This document shows, in pieces, positions 36,374 through 46,663 of a stretch of DNA of 53,746 bases; within the stretch, counting starts at the first letter, position 1, and each line of letters starts with the position of its first letter. The stretch is taken from NCBI GenBank assembly GCA_017601245.1, contig JAFNJB010000014.1, positions 1-53,746 of the forward strand, in the 5' to 3' direction. The position numbers and the translations under genes were made by a program. Source of the DNA: Candidatus Brockarchaeota archaeon (GTDB lineage: Archaea > Thermoproteota > EX4484-205 > JAAOZP01). The notes under the pieces are model-generated. The model ran no database searches and had not been told where the DNA came from. It saw nothing but the letters and a program-made list of their open reading frames with translations.

Positions 36374-38827
36374 TTACATGAAGTCTTTAAGCTTTAAGCT
36401 TCTCCTGGGAGGCTCTATCTCTATACCCAGGGGGTCTAGAACCTGTTCGAAAGTAGCCCTCATGACTTCAAGATACTTATCTAAGTCTATTTCTTCTATT
36501 CTAGCCAGCTTAACGGGTTTAACGCCGTTTTTAACCTTAACGTATGATATTATGTCGCCGGCCCTAGCTTTAATACCCAATTCCCTCTCAAGCTGTTTAG
36601 CTGCCTTAACGTGTTGCGGCGTGTTCTTATCATAGTCATCCAGAGGTTTGCTTAACATTACGTCGAAAGCAAGCTCATCGAGACTCAGTTGCTTATTCAC
36701 GAGTTTTTCAACGTACTCGTTTATCATATTCTTTATGCTCTCAACGGCTGCATTGAATTCCTCCTCGTTCTTTACCTTGCTAAGTATGCTAATCATGTCA
36801 TGGAAAGCCTGTTTTACGAATTTTGGTGTTGAACTCTTCTTTCCCACAAGGCCCTTTATGTCAACATTACCATCCTCAGTAACTCCAAGGTAGTTCTTCT
36901 TACGTTGGCTGAAAACACCATATCTGTAAACCTTATCTATGTTAAGTTCAATGTTATACTTTTCCCTCATAAACTGGATGAGTTTCTCAACATCATTCGG
37001 ATTCGGATCCCTTAGAAATATTGAATCAGTATCACCATATACAACCTCTATGCCAAGGTTCTTTGCAGTCTCAACAAGTTCGGTAAATATCCCTCTACCT
37101 ATCCACGTTACTGTTTCAGCAGCTGAAGGAGCATAGAAATGGAAAGTATCAGCACCCATAACACCATAGCTGGCGTTTATGAAAACCTTTATTGCCCTTT
37201 GTACCACGTCATAGAAAGCACGTTTTTCAGGAGTTTCCGCTTTCTTAGAAAGAGGCTGATAGTACTTTACTCGGAGCTCTCTTAAAGCGCCTATTACTGA
37301 GCTCTCTATACCCCTCCTTTTAACGCATATCCAATGGGGTGAATTCATTGGAGTATTGTTTTTACATTCTTCATGGACGCATCTAACTGTCTCATAACTT
37401 ATATTAAAGTTCATTATTATGCTAGGATACAGTGATGCGAAGTCGAGGATTACAAGGTTGAAGTATAAGCCGGGTTTAGGTTCAAGAACTATTGCCCCCC
37501 TATACTTCTTGCCTTTTATAATGGCCTCAGACTTCTTCTCACTTTTAAGCTGTAGAATATCTTCTTGTCTAGGTATTAGATAGTTGTTCTTTCTATGGAG
37601 GCTTAGGAGCATGCTTTTAATCCAAGTAGAGACGCCGTGTCTGACGACATCCTCCATAGGTAGCCTGCTTATCCTCATGAAAAGGACGAGGAGTTTGAGT
37701 AATAAGTAATCTTTGTTAGCGATGAGTTCAAAAGTTATCTCAGCATCTCTAAAGCAGTATTCAGCAAGTTCTCTGGGTTTAAGAATGGAAATATCTTCAG
37801 TCAGAGCTATTTTGCCCTTACCGATTAGAGCCTTACCAATCGCATCCAGCGTTACTTCCTTATATACTCCTCCATAAGCATAATTTTGTATCGATTTGTT
37901 AAAGAATACCCTGTAGAGATCTATATGCACCCCGTTAACAAGGTTAATGTAATCCTTGCCCTTTTCGAGAGGGGATTCCTCATTCAACGATAGTTTTTTA
38001 GCCCTGTTATACAAATACAGGAGGTCGAACTTATCACCGTTAAAAGTCACTAGAAATGGATATTTCTTGATTTCTTTAAAGACTTCTTTCAAAAGCTTAT
38101 CCTCGCTAGATACGTGGACTATCTTCTTAGTTCCATCATACTCTTCCCCATCAAAATCGTCAAGAACATAGACTTTGCCCATTTCCGTATTCGATTTAAA
38201 AGCCGCAGAGATTATCGGATCCTCTGCCTTATTGGCATCGGGAACATGATTTGGACCAGGAGGCTTAACTTCTATGTCGAGTGAGGAAAGCTTCATGAAC
38301 GGTATTGGCTGATTAAGTATTTCAATCAACTCTCTGATTTCTGGATACTGGGATTCAGGAGGCTTAACAACATCCTCGAGGACTGTTTCTAAGCGTCTTT
38401 CGACAAGCTTGCCGTCAATTATATCGTAGTATAGCCCTGGTTTCTTATCCGTGTCGTATATATAACACCAAGTGTAATGAATATCAGCTTCCCAGGCCCT
38501 TCCAATTATTTCCCTTATGGACGTGGCGGACCCACCTATTGACAGAGGGTCTTTTGCAATGATTTTTCTGAAAACCTTTTCCCTATCTTCTAATAAGTCA
38601 TACTTTCTAACTTCTTCAATCCTGTCAAATCCATGGTGGTTTATCAACTGCTGGTTACTCATCAATTCTTCTATGCTTAAATCGGTCAATAAGTATGGCT
38701 GATGGTTCTCAGCAGATGGGAAAATCACTATCTCCTGCTTCTCAGGGTCGTATAGTTTAAGCAGAACCCTCTTACTACTCCCATCATAAGAGGCGGAAAC
38801 CAGTAATAACCCTTTTCGCTCTTCCAT
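36374..38827 (-). CDS. Family B DNA polymerase, PolB1 type
   Basis: Exo SLDIEV, FNGDKFD, YCFRDA; Pol DFASLYPSI, KVFINASYG, YGDTDS, KKNY. Confidence 0.96.
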   Translation of the reverse strand: MEERKGLLLVSASYDGSSKRVLLKLYDPEKQEIVIFPSAENHQPYLLTDLSIEELMSNQQLINHHGFDRIEEVRKYDLLEDREKVFRKIIAKDPLSIGGSATSIREIIGRAWEADIHYTWCYIYDTDKKPGLYYDIIDGKLVERRLETVLEDVVKPPESQYPEIRELIEILNQPIPFMKLSSLDIEVKPPGPNHVPDANKAEDPIISAAFKSNTEMGKVYVLDDFDGEEYDGTKKIVHVSSEDKLLKEVFKEIKKYPFLVTFNGDKFDLLYLYNRAKKLSLNEESPLEKGKDYINLVNGVHIDLYRVFFNKSIQNYAYGGVYKEVTLDAIGKALIGKGKIALTEDISILKPRELAEYCFRDAEITFELIANKDYLLLKLLVLFMRISRLPMEDVVRHGVSTWIKSMLLSLHRKNNYLIPRQEDILQLKSEKKSEAIIKGKKYRGAIVLEPKPGLYFNLVILDFASLYPSIIMNFNISYETVRCVHEECKNNTPMNSPHWICVKRRGIESSVIGALRELRVKYYQPLSKKAETPEKRAFYDVVQRAIKVFINASYGVMGADTFHFYAPSAAETVTWIGRGIFTELVETAKNLGIEVVYGDTDSIFLRDPNPNDVEKLIQFMREKYNIELNIDKVYRYGVFSQRKKNYLGVTEDGNVDIKGLVGKKSSTPKFVKQAFHDMISILSKVKNEEEFNAAVESIKNMINEYVEKLVNKQLSLDELAFDVMLSKPLDDYDKNTPQHVKAAKQLERELGIKARAGDIISYVKVKNGVKPVKLARIEEIDLDKYLEVMRATFEQVLDPLGIEIEPPRRSLKLKDFM

Positions 38828-38912
38828 CTCCCCTTTCTTACTCGACGAGTATTTTCATTCTCACTATATAGGTTTATCTCTTAGTAAGGGATTAAGGAGG
38901 ATAGAAGATAAA

Positions 38913-39242
38913 ATGCCAGTAAAAGAGTATAAGACGAGATATATAGTGTTCGAAGTCAAGGATTATCGTAAGCTTAATAACATACTTAGAGAAGCTTGTA
39001 GTGCTCAAATAGGCTTCTTCTTTAAAATTGTTCGAAAATACAACGAAATTATAATTGTAAAATGTCCACATAAAATGGTTCCGATTATTAAAGCGAAAGT
39101 AAGTGAAGCGGAATCGCAATTATCCCCGGGATTAAGAATAATAGGTGTTTCGGGTACTTTAAAAAAGGCTATAAGCAAGTTCTGCACGGGAAAAAATCTG
39201 TCGAGACGAAGGCTAAATGACATACAATTTTTCCTAATATAA
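38913..39242 (+). CDS. rnp2: RNase P protein Pop5/Rpp14
   Basis: RYIVFEV, IIVKCPH, IIGVSGTLKKA; upstream of psmA. Confidence 0.85.
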   Translation: MPVKEYKTRYIVFEVKDYRKLNNILREACSAQIGFFFKIVRKYNEIIIVKCPHKMVPIIKAKVSEAESQLSPGLRIIGVSGTLKKAISKFCTGKNLSRRRLNDIQFFLI

Positions 39243-39573
39243 ACTTTGGTTAAAATATTGACTAAGAGGTTTGAAGAAAACGTTTAACAGCATCAGTCAG
39301 CTTAACGATTCATTATAACTACGTTTTTAATTACTTCTATATGCCTTTCATAAAGCCAGTTTCAGATCCTTTCTTTTAAGACCCTGATGCAATAGTGAGT
39401 ACTATAAAACTTGTCTAAAGAGCTTTGTAAGATAAATTTTACAATGAATATTCCGACACGCTTGACATAGCTTCCATTTGTTTAACTCCTGGAAAACACC
39501 TCCTCCTCCATAATTAGGGCTAGGCAAGGGCAAAGATTATAAGGAGTTAGTTAACTCTCATCTAAACAGGATC

Positions 39574-40278
39574 ATGATACCAGGCTACGAGCGGATGTAC
39601 GGATTCTCGCCCGACGGAAGAATACTCCAAGTCGACTATGCTATGATTATGGTGAATAATAGTCCGACGGCGTGGGGTATACATGTTGAGGAAGGCATTG
39701 TACTAGCAGGTGTGGAGAAGAGGATAGATATGCTTCAAGACAGGACTTTCAGCCAGAAGCTTTTCCAGATAGATGAGCATATAGGAACTGTAGTTGCAGG
39801 GTTCAATTCTGACGCCAGGCTACTGGTTGAATATGCTAGAAATGAGGCGCAGATAAACAGGTTTCTTTACGATGAACCTGTGGACGTGGAATATCTTGTA
39901 AGAAGGTTGAGCAATACTGTCCAAGCATACACTCAGCACGCTGGAATGAGGCCTTTCGGCATCTCTATGCTAATAGGGGGCGTAGACATGCTTGGGGCAA
40001 GCCTTTACCAATTGGATCCCACCGGCATATATTTCAAGTATTTTGCATCCGTAATAGGCATAGGTAGAGAGGACATATTGAAGTATTTCAGGAATAATTA
40101 TTCGATGAACACTAGTCTAGACGAGGCTATAATAATGGGTATTAGGGGCAGTATTGAGGTTTTGAAGGAGGAAGTGGCTCCAGATAGGCTTAGGATTGGA
40201 ATAATAAGGACTGATGAGAAAAAGTTTAAGGTCTTAAGCTATGAAGAAGTAAAGAAGTACTACGAAAGGGCGAAATAG
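39574..40278 (+). CDS. psmA: Proteasome alpha subunit
   Basis: FSPDGRILQVDYA, KLFQIDEHI, YTQHAGMRPFG, DPTG. Confidence 0.96.
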   Translation: MIPGYERMYGFSPDGRILQVDYAMIMVNNSPTAWGIHVEEGIVLAGVEKRIDMLQDRTFSQKLFQIDEHIGTVVAGFNSDARLLVEYARNEAQINRFLYDEPVDVEYLVRRLSNTVQAYTQHAGMRPFGISMLIGGVDMLGASLYQLDPTGIYFKYFASVIGIGREDILKYFRNNYSMNTSLDEAIIMGIRGSIEVLKEEVAPDRLRIGIIRTDEKKFKVLSYEEVKKYYERAK

Positions 40279-40280
40279 GG

Positions 40281-40970
40281 TTGAGTAAACCATCCACTAT
40301 AGGCAGGCTCTCCTTACGAGGGGAGAAATTTGAAATAATTGTAGCGCCCGACCCTGCTTTGAACTTTAAACTTACAGGAAAGGGGGACATAAGGAAGATA
40401 CTACTCATAGATGAGATTTATTCCGACTCTAAAAAGGGGCTCAGGGTTTCTTCTGAAAAGTTAAAGAAATTCTTTGGGACAACCGATGTTTTCAAGATAG
40501 CTGAGAGGATTCTTTTAGAAGGTGAGCTTCAACTTACTAGTGAGCAGAGGCGTAAAATGATTGAAAGCAAGAGGCAACAGATAATAGCAATGCTATCTAA
40601 AAGCCTTATTGACCCCTCGCTGGGGAATCCAATACCATCACTTAGGATTGAACAAGCCCTCAGTCAAATTGGTGTCTCAATAGATCCATTCAAACCTCCT
40701 GAAGAACAGTTTAAGAATGTTGTTAAGGCTTTAAGGCAAATACTTCAATTTAAGATCAACGACATTCCATTAACATTGACATGCCAACAGGAAGAGTCTA
40801 ACGATGTATACGGCTTTGTAAACTCCTTCGGAGAGATAGAACAGACTAAGGCCCAGAAGGATAAGAGTGTCAAAATAACGGCCAGAATTCCATCCATACT
40901 TATGTCCTACTTCCTTGAAAAGGTTAATGAGAAATACGGTGAAAGGGTAAAAGTTGATATAGGGGCGTGA
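40281..40970 (+). CDS. Ribosome maturation factor SBDS/Sdo1
   Basis: GEKFEI, IYSDSKKG, FGTTD, GELQLTSEQRR. Confidence 0.95.
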   Translation: MSKPSTIGRLSLRGEKFEIIVAPDPALNFKLTGKGDIRKILLIDEIYSDSKKGLRVSSEKLKKFFGTTDVFKIAERILLEGELQLTSEQRRKMIESKRQQIIAMLSKSLIDPSLGNPIPSLRIEQALSQIGVSIDPFKPPEEQFKNVVKALRQILQFKINDIPLTLTCQQEESNDVYGFVNSFGEIEQTKAQKDKSVKITARIPSILMSYFLEKVNEKYGERVKVDIGA

Positions 40971-41014
40971 GGAAAGGCTTAGCACACTAAGCAGCTGTTT
41001 AAGGAGGCTTAAAG

Positions 41015-41713
41015 TTGTACCAGGGTAATGAGCAACAGAAGCAGAGGCCTATAGTTGTACCCGGCGAGCCTGTTGGGGAAAGCAGATTCTATATTCCGGG
41101 TAGTAATACGTTAAAAATCTCAGATAGGATGTTTGCAACAACTGTTGGAATAGTGAGAGTAGACGGTAAACGCTTAGACGTTATTTCCTTAAAATCCTTC
41201 TATCAACCAAAAATAGGGGATCTCGTAATCGGAATCGTTAAAGAACCCAATATAGGAGGGTGGACTGTGGATATAAATTCTCCATTCCTTGCATTCCTCC
41301 CCCTGTCAGAGTATTCTGAAAAAAGGATTCGTCTGTCGAGGGATAGTATAGGCAGGATTTTAGAGATAGGCACTGTTATAACCGGGGTTATAAAAGATGT
41401 GTCGATATTCTCTTCTCCAGTAATAACCATGAAGGGAAAAGGGCTTGGAATAGTTTCAAGCGGGACATTGCTAAATATAACGGCGTCAAAGGTACCGCGT
41501 ATCATAGGAAAGAAAGGGTCCATGCTGTCTGTTATAGAAAGGATGACGGGTGTTAAACTTACGGTAGGTCAGAACGGTCGAATAATAGTACATACTGAAG
41601 ATAGCAACATAGTTGCTAAAATTAGGGAAGTCATAGAAATGGTTGAAAGGGAATCACATATATACGGGTTGACTGAGAGAGTTGAGGCATTACTGGCTGG
41701 AAGGAAGCTGTAA
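41015..41713 (+). CDS. rrp4: Exosome RNA-binding subunit Rrp4
   Basis: VVPGE, YQPKIGDLVIG, WTVDINSP, KVPRIIGKKGSM, GQNGRI. Confidence 0.96.
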   Translation: MYQGNEQQKQRPIVVPGEPVGESRFYIPGSNTLKISDRMFATTVGIVRVDGKRLDVISLKSFYQPKIGDLVIGIVKEPNIGGWTVDINSPFLAFLPLSEYSEKRIRLSRDSIGRILEIGTVITGVIKDVSIFSSPVITMKGKGLGIVSSGTLLNITASKVPRIIGKKGSMLSVIERMTGVKLTVGQNGRIIVHTEDSNIVAKIREVIEMVERESHIYGLTERVEALLAGRKL

Positions 41714-41716
41714 AAC

Positions 41717-42445
41717 ATGAGCGAGAAGATAAGCCTGTTTAAAGAAGACGGAAGAAGGCTTGATGATAGAGCTCCTGATGAACTCAGGCCCATTAAGATT
41801 AAGGTTGGAGTATTATCCAATGCTCAAGGTTCCGCCTATATTGAGCAGGGTAAGAATAAGATTCTAGCAGCAGTCTACGGTCCAAAAGAAGCTCTTCCTA
41901 AGCATATTTCACTACCTGACAGATGCATATTAAGATGCCGTTATCATATGGCGCCTTTCTCAACACCTGAGAGAAAGAGCCCTGCTCCTAGTAGGAGGGA
42001 AATAGAGCTTTCAATGGTTATTAGAAATGCTCTTGAACCACTTGTCATGACCTCCCTTTTCCCTAGGACTGTTATAGATATTTTCATAGAGGTTTTGCAG
42101 GCCGACGGGGGGACTCGCTGCGCAGGTTTAACGGCTGCAGTATTAGCTCTTGCAGACGCTGGCATACCTCTAAAAGGCTTGACTGCAGCCTGCGCCGTGG
42201 GTAAGGCAGATGGAAAAGTAATAGTGGACCTTAATGATCTTGAAGACAAATACGGCGAAGCAGATATGCCAATTGCCTACAACCCGACACTCGATGGCAT
42301 TACTCTACTTCAAATGGACGGTATAATGTCTAAAGAAGAAATTGAGCAGGCGCTTTCACTAGCCATAACTGCTACTCAAAAGATACATAAAATGCAAGTC
42401 GAGGCGTTGAAAGAGAGATTTTCAGTCCCAAGGAGGGAGGGTTAA
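41717..42445 (+). CDS. rrp41: Exosome exonuclease Rrp41
   Basis: RNase PH: ELRP, GSAYIEQG, YHMAPFS, QADGGTRCA, EDKYGEADMP. Confidence 0.97.
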   Translation: MSEKISLFKEDGRRLDDRAPDELRPIKIKVGVLSNAQGSAYIEQGKNKILAAVYGPKEALPKHISLPDRCILRCRYHMAPFSTPERKSPAPSRREIELSMVIRNALEPLVMTSLFPRTVIDIFIEVLQADGGTRCAGLTAAVLALADAGIPLKGLTAACAVGKADGKVIVDLNDLEDKYGEADMPIAYNPTLDGITLLQMDGIMSKEEIEQALSLAITATQKIHKMQVEALKERFSVPRREG

Positions 42446-43269
42446 TGTCAATAACCGAGCAGAGGCCGATCATCTCAAAACTCGAGAAACAGGAGCTTTA
42501 CCGTCTGCTTGCTGAAGGTAAGAGGGTTGATGGAAGAGGTCTCCTCCAGTATAGGAACCTGAACGTGCAATTGAATTACATTGAAAAGGCAGAAGGATCT
42601 GCATTAGTGGAACTTGGGAATACTAAGATACTGGCTGCTGTTAAAGTGGGAGTAGCATTGCCGTTTGCAGATACTCCAAATGAGGGAATTCTGATTGTAA
42701 ACGCTGAGCTGGTCCCATTGGCTTCACCAGTCTTTGAACCCGGGCCCCCTTCTGAAGAGTCTATTTCTCTAGCCAGGTATGTTGATAGAAGCATAAGAGA
42801 ATCTAAGGCAGTTGATCTTTCTTCACTATGCATAATACCCGGCAGGTCTGTTTACTCACTATATGTAGACCTCTATATTCTCGATTACGACGGCAATCTT
42901 ATAGATGCTTCAGTCATAGCAAGCGTGAACGCCCTTGGTACGACGAAGCTTCCGAAGTACAGCGTTGAAGGGCAAAGTATTAAGAAACTAGACGAATATT
43001 TCAAACTGGAGCTTAAAGACCTACCCGTTTCGATAACGTACGCATTCTTTGGTGACAAGTATGTTGTAGATCCATGCTTAAACGAGGAGTATGCTTCAGA
43101 CTTTACAATCTCGATGACGGTTAAGTCTGATGACAGGTTTTGTGCAATACAGAAGAATGGTGGGGGCATGATTTCACCGAGGGGCTTTTTAGAGCTTTTA
43201 GACAAGTCTATAGCACTAGGGAAAGAGTTAAGAAGCATAGCATACAGCAAGCTCAGTGGAAATGGCTAG
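42445..43269 (+). CDS. rrp42: Exosome subunit Rrp42
   Basis: RVDGRG, AEGSALVELG, FEPGPP, VDRSIRES, DGNLIDA. Confidence 0.97.
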   Translation: MSITEQRPIISKLEKQELYRLLAEGKRVDGRGLLQYRNLNVQLNYIEKAEGSALVELGNTKILAAVKVGVALPFADTPNEGILIVNAELVPLASPVFEPGPPSEESISLARYVDRSIRESKAVDLSSLCIIPGRSVYSLYVDLYILDYDGNLIDASVIASVNALGTTKLPKYSVEGQSIKKLDEYFKLELKDLPVSITYAFFGDKYVVDPCLNEEYASDFTISMTVKSDDRFCAIQKNGGGMISPRGFLELLDKSIALGKELRSIAYSKLSGNG

Positions 43270-43519
43270 GAAGAAGCTTTCCGGAGCACTGGGTGTAAGA
43301 TACGGATTCTCACTGAGAGAGAGGTATATGCAGGTTTTAAAGAAAAGGAGGGCTGTTTATAACTGTCCAAGATGTGGAACAGGCGTTTTAAAAAGGCTTA
43401 GCGTAGGTGTCTGGAGCTGTAGGAAATGCGATTATACTTTTGCCGGAGGAGCATACGAACCCTTTACTAAAATAGGTGAAGCCGCTGTAAGGGCTGCAGG
43501 TGTTAAAGCTAGTTCTTAG
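43262..43519 (+). CDS. rpl37ae: 50S ribosomal protein L37Ae (eL43)
   Basis: GVRYG, CPRC, KRLSVGVWSCRKC, FAGGAY. Confidence 0.97.
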   Translation: MARKKLSGALGVRYGFSLRERYMQVLKKRRAVYNCPRCGTGVLKRLSVGVWSCRKCDYTFAGGAYEPFTKIGEAAVRAAGVKASS

Positions 43520-43520
43520 A

Positions 43521-43787
43521 TTGATAAGGGTCAAGCTGGTTTTAAAATACAGGGACGAGTGGAGGCCCGGGGCTATTTACAGGGCCTGTCTAAGAGATGC
43601 TGTTGTAGAACCGAAAAGTGGGGTGAAGGCAAGAGTTATCGGTAATAAAATACTGCTACTTATCAAAGGCAGTAAGTCTTCCAAGGTAGCGGAGAGGCTT
43701 AAGAACATTCTTGGTTTGATTCACATGGTGGAGCAGGCAATAACCATATTGGAAACACAGGATTGTGTTGGTTACGATATTTTTTAA
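43521..43787 (+). CDS. Probable KEOPS subunit Pcc1-like protein
   Basis: Size, beta-alpha-beta-beta-alpha pattern and position before prefoldin beta; weak sequence signal. Confidence 0.5.
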   Translation: MIRVKLVLKYRDEWRPGAIYRACLRDAVVEPKSGVKARVIGNKILLLIKGSKSSKVAERLKNILGLIHMVEQAITILETQDCVGYDIF

Positions 43788-43823
43788 GACATAGGTTTTT
43801 AAGCATCCTCTAAGAAAATAGGA

Positions 43824-44192
43824 GTGATGTCTCAGGAACTTCCTCTTCAGCTACAGGAGAAACTGTCCAGGCTTCAACAACTCCAACAAACTCTGGAATC
43901 TCTTTATATTCAGAAGGAGCAGGCTAAGCTAGAGGAGAGGGAGCTTGAATCAGCTCTACAAGAGCTGTCATCCGTCGACGAAAACACGCCAGTATACAGG
44001 ATAACAGGCAGGATTCTCATTAGGAAAAACAAAGCAGACCTAATAAACGAATTAAACGAGCAAAAGGAGCTTATCAAAGTCAGAATAAACGCGATAGAAA
44101 GGCAGGAGAACAAGATTAGGGAGAGGGTTAGTGAGCTTGAAAACGAATTGAAAGCAGCATTATCAACAAGCAGGGGGAGTATCTCTGCTTAG
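43824..44192 (+). CDS. pfdB: Prefoldin beta subunit
   Basis: Coiled coil with ALQEL..TPVYRITGRILI hairpin. Confidence 0.95.
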   Translation: MMSQELPLQLQEKLSRLQQLQQTLESLYIQKEQAKLEERELESALQELSSVDENTPVYRITGRILIRKNKADLINELNEQKELIKVRINAIERQENKIRERVSELENELKAALSTSRGSISA

Positions 44193-44255
44193 AAAATTTA
44201 ACTTATACTCTAAAGACTTTTTAAAACGTTCCTCATTTTCTGGCAAAACTGGAAA

Positions 44256-45122
44256 ATGAACGCAGTAGACTTTAGAAACGTGAGCTTCCGGTATGCAGGA
44301 TCCGAGAAAGAAGCCTTGGCAAATATTAATCTTAAGATTGAAGAAGGGGAAAGCGTACTTATAACTGGCCCTTCTGGTTGCGGTAAGTCTACGATAGCCA
44401 AGATCATTATGGGATTAATACCACATAGTTATACTGGCGAATTCAGCGGCGAAGCCTACGTATTTGGAATGAACATTTTAGAAAACCCTGTAAGCAATAT
44501 TGCCACGAAATGTGGAATAGTCTTCCAGAACCCTGAGAACCAGCTTTTCACATTCAGCGTAGAAGATGATGTGGCATTTGGTCCAGAGAATTTAGCCCTA
44601 CCCCCAGAGGAGATACGTAAAAGAGTAGATGAATCCCTTAAGCTAGTTGGAATAGAACACCTCAGGTATTCTTCTCCGAACAACCTTTCTGGAGGAGAAC
44701 AGCAGAAAGCAGCTATTGCATCTATACTCTCTATGTATCCTTCTCTCATAGTTTTCGATGAACCTACTTCAATGCTCGACCCTTCTTCGTCAATAAACCT
44801 GATTCAAAGCATTTTTAGACTTAAGGAGGAGCTAGAGAAAAAAGGTGGAAGATTAACGTTAATAATCATAGAGCATAGGATTGGTCTGCTCCTCGACCAT
44901 GTTTCAAGGATCATCGTTATATCGGATGGTAGAATAGTCCTTGATGGCGAGCCATTGTCAGTTCTTTATGAGAGTTTTAAAAAGAAGATTCCAATAAACA
45001 TCCCTCCAATCCTTCAAATATATTTCAGGATCAAAGACAGATGCGGCTTGGAAAAGCCCCCTAAGAATCTTAAGGAGCTTTTCTCATATCTAAGGGAGGC
45101 GAGTAGTGAAAAACATGGTTGA
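44256..45122 (+). CDS. ecfA1: ECF transporter ATPase EcfA
   Basis: GPSGCGKS, VFQNPENQ, VAFGPEN, LSGGEQQ, DEPTSMLD. Confidence 0.93.
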   Translation: MNAVDFRNVSFRYAGSEKEALANINLKIEEGESVLITGPSGCGKSTIAKIIMGLIPHSYTGEFSGEAYVFGMNILENPVSNIATKCGIVFQNPENQLFTFSVEDDVAFGPENLALPPEEIRKRVDESLKLVGIEHLRYSSPNNLSGGEQQKAAIASILSMYPSLIVFDEPTSMLDPSSSINLIQSIFRLKEELEKKGGRLTLIIIEHRIGLLLDHVSRIIVISDGRIVLDGEPLSVLYESFKKKIPINIPPILQIYFRIKDRCGLEKPPKNLKELFSYLREASSEKHG

Positions 45123-45939
45123 AATAACTGTTGAAAATCTCTTTTTCAAATATCCTGATGCTGAGAAATATGCTTTGAAGAATATTAACTTTACAATTAA
45201 AGAAGGTGAAAGCATAGCCATACTCGGAGAAAATGGTGCCGGTAAGACTACTTTAGCCAAGAACCTCAATGGCTTACTTAAGCCAACTAAGGGCAGTGTG
45301 AAAATAGACGGGGTAGATACTAGGAATCTATCTGTAGCAAAGATAGCTAGAAAAATAGGATTTGTATGCCACAATCCTGATCATCAGTTCTTTGCAGAAA
45401 CTGTTGAGGAAGAAATTAAATTCGGTCTGAAGAACTTCGGCTTCACTGAAAATGAGATCGAGAAAAGCCTTTTGGATGTTTTGAAAACTTTTGGATTAGA
45501 AGAGTATAGACATAAAAGCCCCTTCCAACTGAGTGGTGGTGAGAAGAAGAGACTAGCCATAGCTTCGATAATTGTTTGGCGTCCGGAATTGCTAATCTTA
45601 GATGAGCCTACGATAGGAATGGATTATGCTCAAAGACTGAATATTCAAAATGTCCTTAAAAATCTGGTTTCAGAAGGAAAGAGCATTATCGTAATAACTC
45701 ATGACGTAGATTTTGCCGTAAGCCTATGTAGAAGAGCAATAGTCCTAAGTGGAGGCGAGATTGTGGGAGACGGTTGCTTACGAAAACTTCTTTCAAACCC
45801 AGAAGTGATTGAGAAAGCATCATTAAGAAAACCTTTCCTCATTGAGCTTGAAGAAGAAATTGGTTTTTCAGTTATCGATGAGGATTTTGACAGTATAAGC
45901 GAGTCTCTAATAAGGGTGTTTGATAAATGTCATTCTTAA
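45115..45939 (+). CDS. ecfA2: ECF transporter ATPase EcfA'
   Basis: GENGAGKT, NPDHQFF, SPFQLSGGEKK, DEPTIGMD. Confidence 0.93.
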   Translation: MVEITVENLFFKYPDAEKYALKNINFTIKEGESIAILGENGAGKTTLAKNLNGLLKPTKGSVKIDGVDTRNLSVAKIARKIGFVCHNPDHQFFAETVEEEIKFGLKNFGFTENEIEKSLLDVLKTFGLEEYRHKSPFQLSGGEKKRLAIASIIVWRPELLILDEPTIGMDYAQRLNIQNVLKNLVSEGKSIIVITHDVDFAVSLCRRAIVLSGGEIVGDGCLRKLLSNPEVIEKASLRKPFLIELEEEIGFSVIDEDFDSISESLIRVFDKCHS

Positions 45940-46661
45940 AAGCATTCCAATATAAGAGGAGGAATTCTCTAATCCATAGGTTAGATCCTAGATCAAAGTT
46001 TCTGCTATCTTTAGTATTAATGACTTTTTCAATTGTATTTATAGATATTCGAGTGTTAATTGCAATTCTAACATTACAACTCTTCTTAATAGGATTGGCC
46101 AGAGCATTGAAAGAATGGGTTTATTCATTAAGGGGACTCATCTTCTTCATCATAATAATATTCATTACGCAATTGCTTTTTGGCGGAACCCTTTTCATGG
46201 GTATTGTTCTTTCAATAAGGCTCATTGTGTTATCATCATCTATGTCATGGTTCTTCTTATCATCGACTCCTGAAGACATTGGAAGAGCAATGAGTTCGGC
46301 ACGATTCCCCATAGAGTTAACTTTTTCTTTCGTGATGGCTATTCGCTTCATACCCGTAATTTACAACGAGTTTCAATCAATATATGATGCACAGCGTTCA
46401 CGCGGACTTGAACTTGAAAAGGGAGGGTTTAGAACAAAGGTAAGAAACCTAATGCCGATACTTATACCCCTACTCGTTGGAACCATAAGGAGGACTTATG
46501 AGATAGCTGATGCGATGGAGGTTAGGGCCTTTGGCGCTTCGCCTAAGAGGACAAGTTACAAGCTTTTGAAGTTTAAGAAGGGAGATTATTTCCTCTGTTT
46601 AGTGTCAGCAATACTTGCATCAGCTATTATTTACCTTAAAATTTTCTTGGGATTAGAATAG
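45927..46661 (+). CDS. ecfT: ECF transporter T component
   Basis: SLIHRLDPRSK, AIRFIP, AQRSRG, AMEVRAF. Confidence 0.94.
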   Translation: MSFLKAFQYKRRNSLIHRLDPRSKFLLSLVLMTFSIVFIDIRVLIAILTLQLFLIGLARALKEWVYSLRGLIFFIIIIFITQLLFGGTLFMGIVLSIRLIVLSSSMSWFFLSSTPEDIGRAMSSARFPIELTFSFVMAIRFIPVIYNEFQSIYDAQRSRGLELEKGGFRTKVRNLMPILIPLLVGTIRRTYEIADAMEVRAFGASPKRTSYKLLKFKKGDYFLCLVSAILASAIIYLKIFLGLE

Positions 46662-46663
46662 AA

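Noticed and set aside
39243-39573. Possible gene or RNA between pop5 and psmA
   Set aside because: Only very short ORFs and no structured-RNA signature visible
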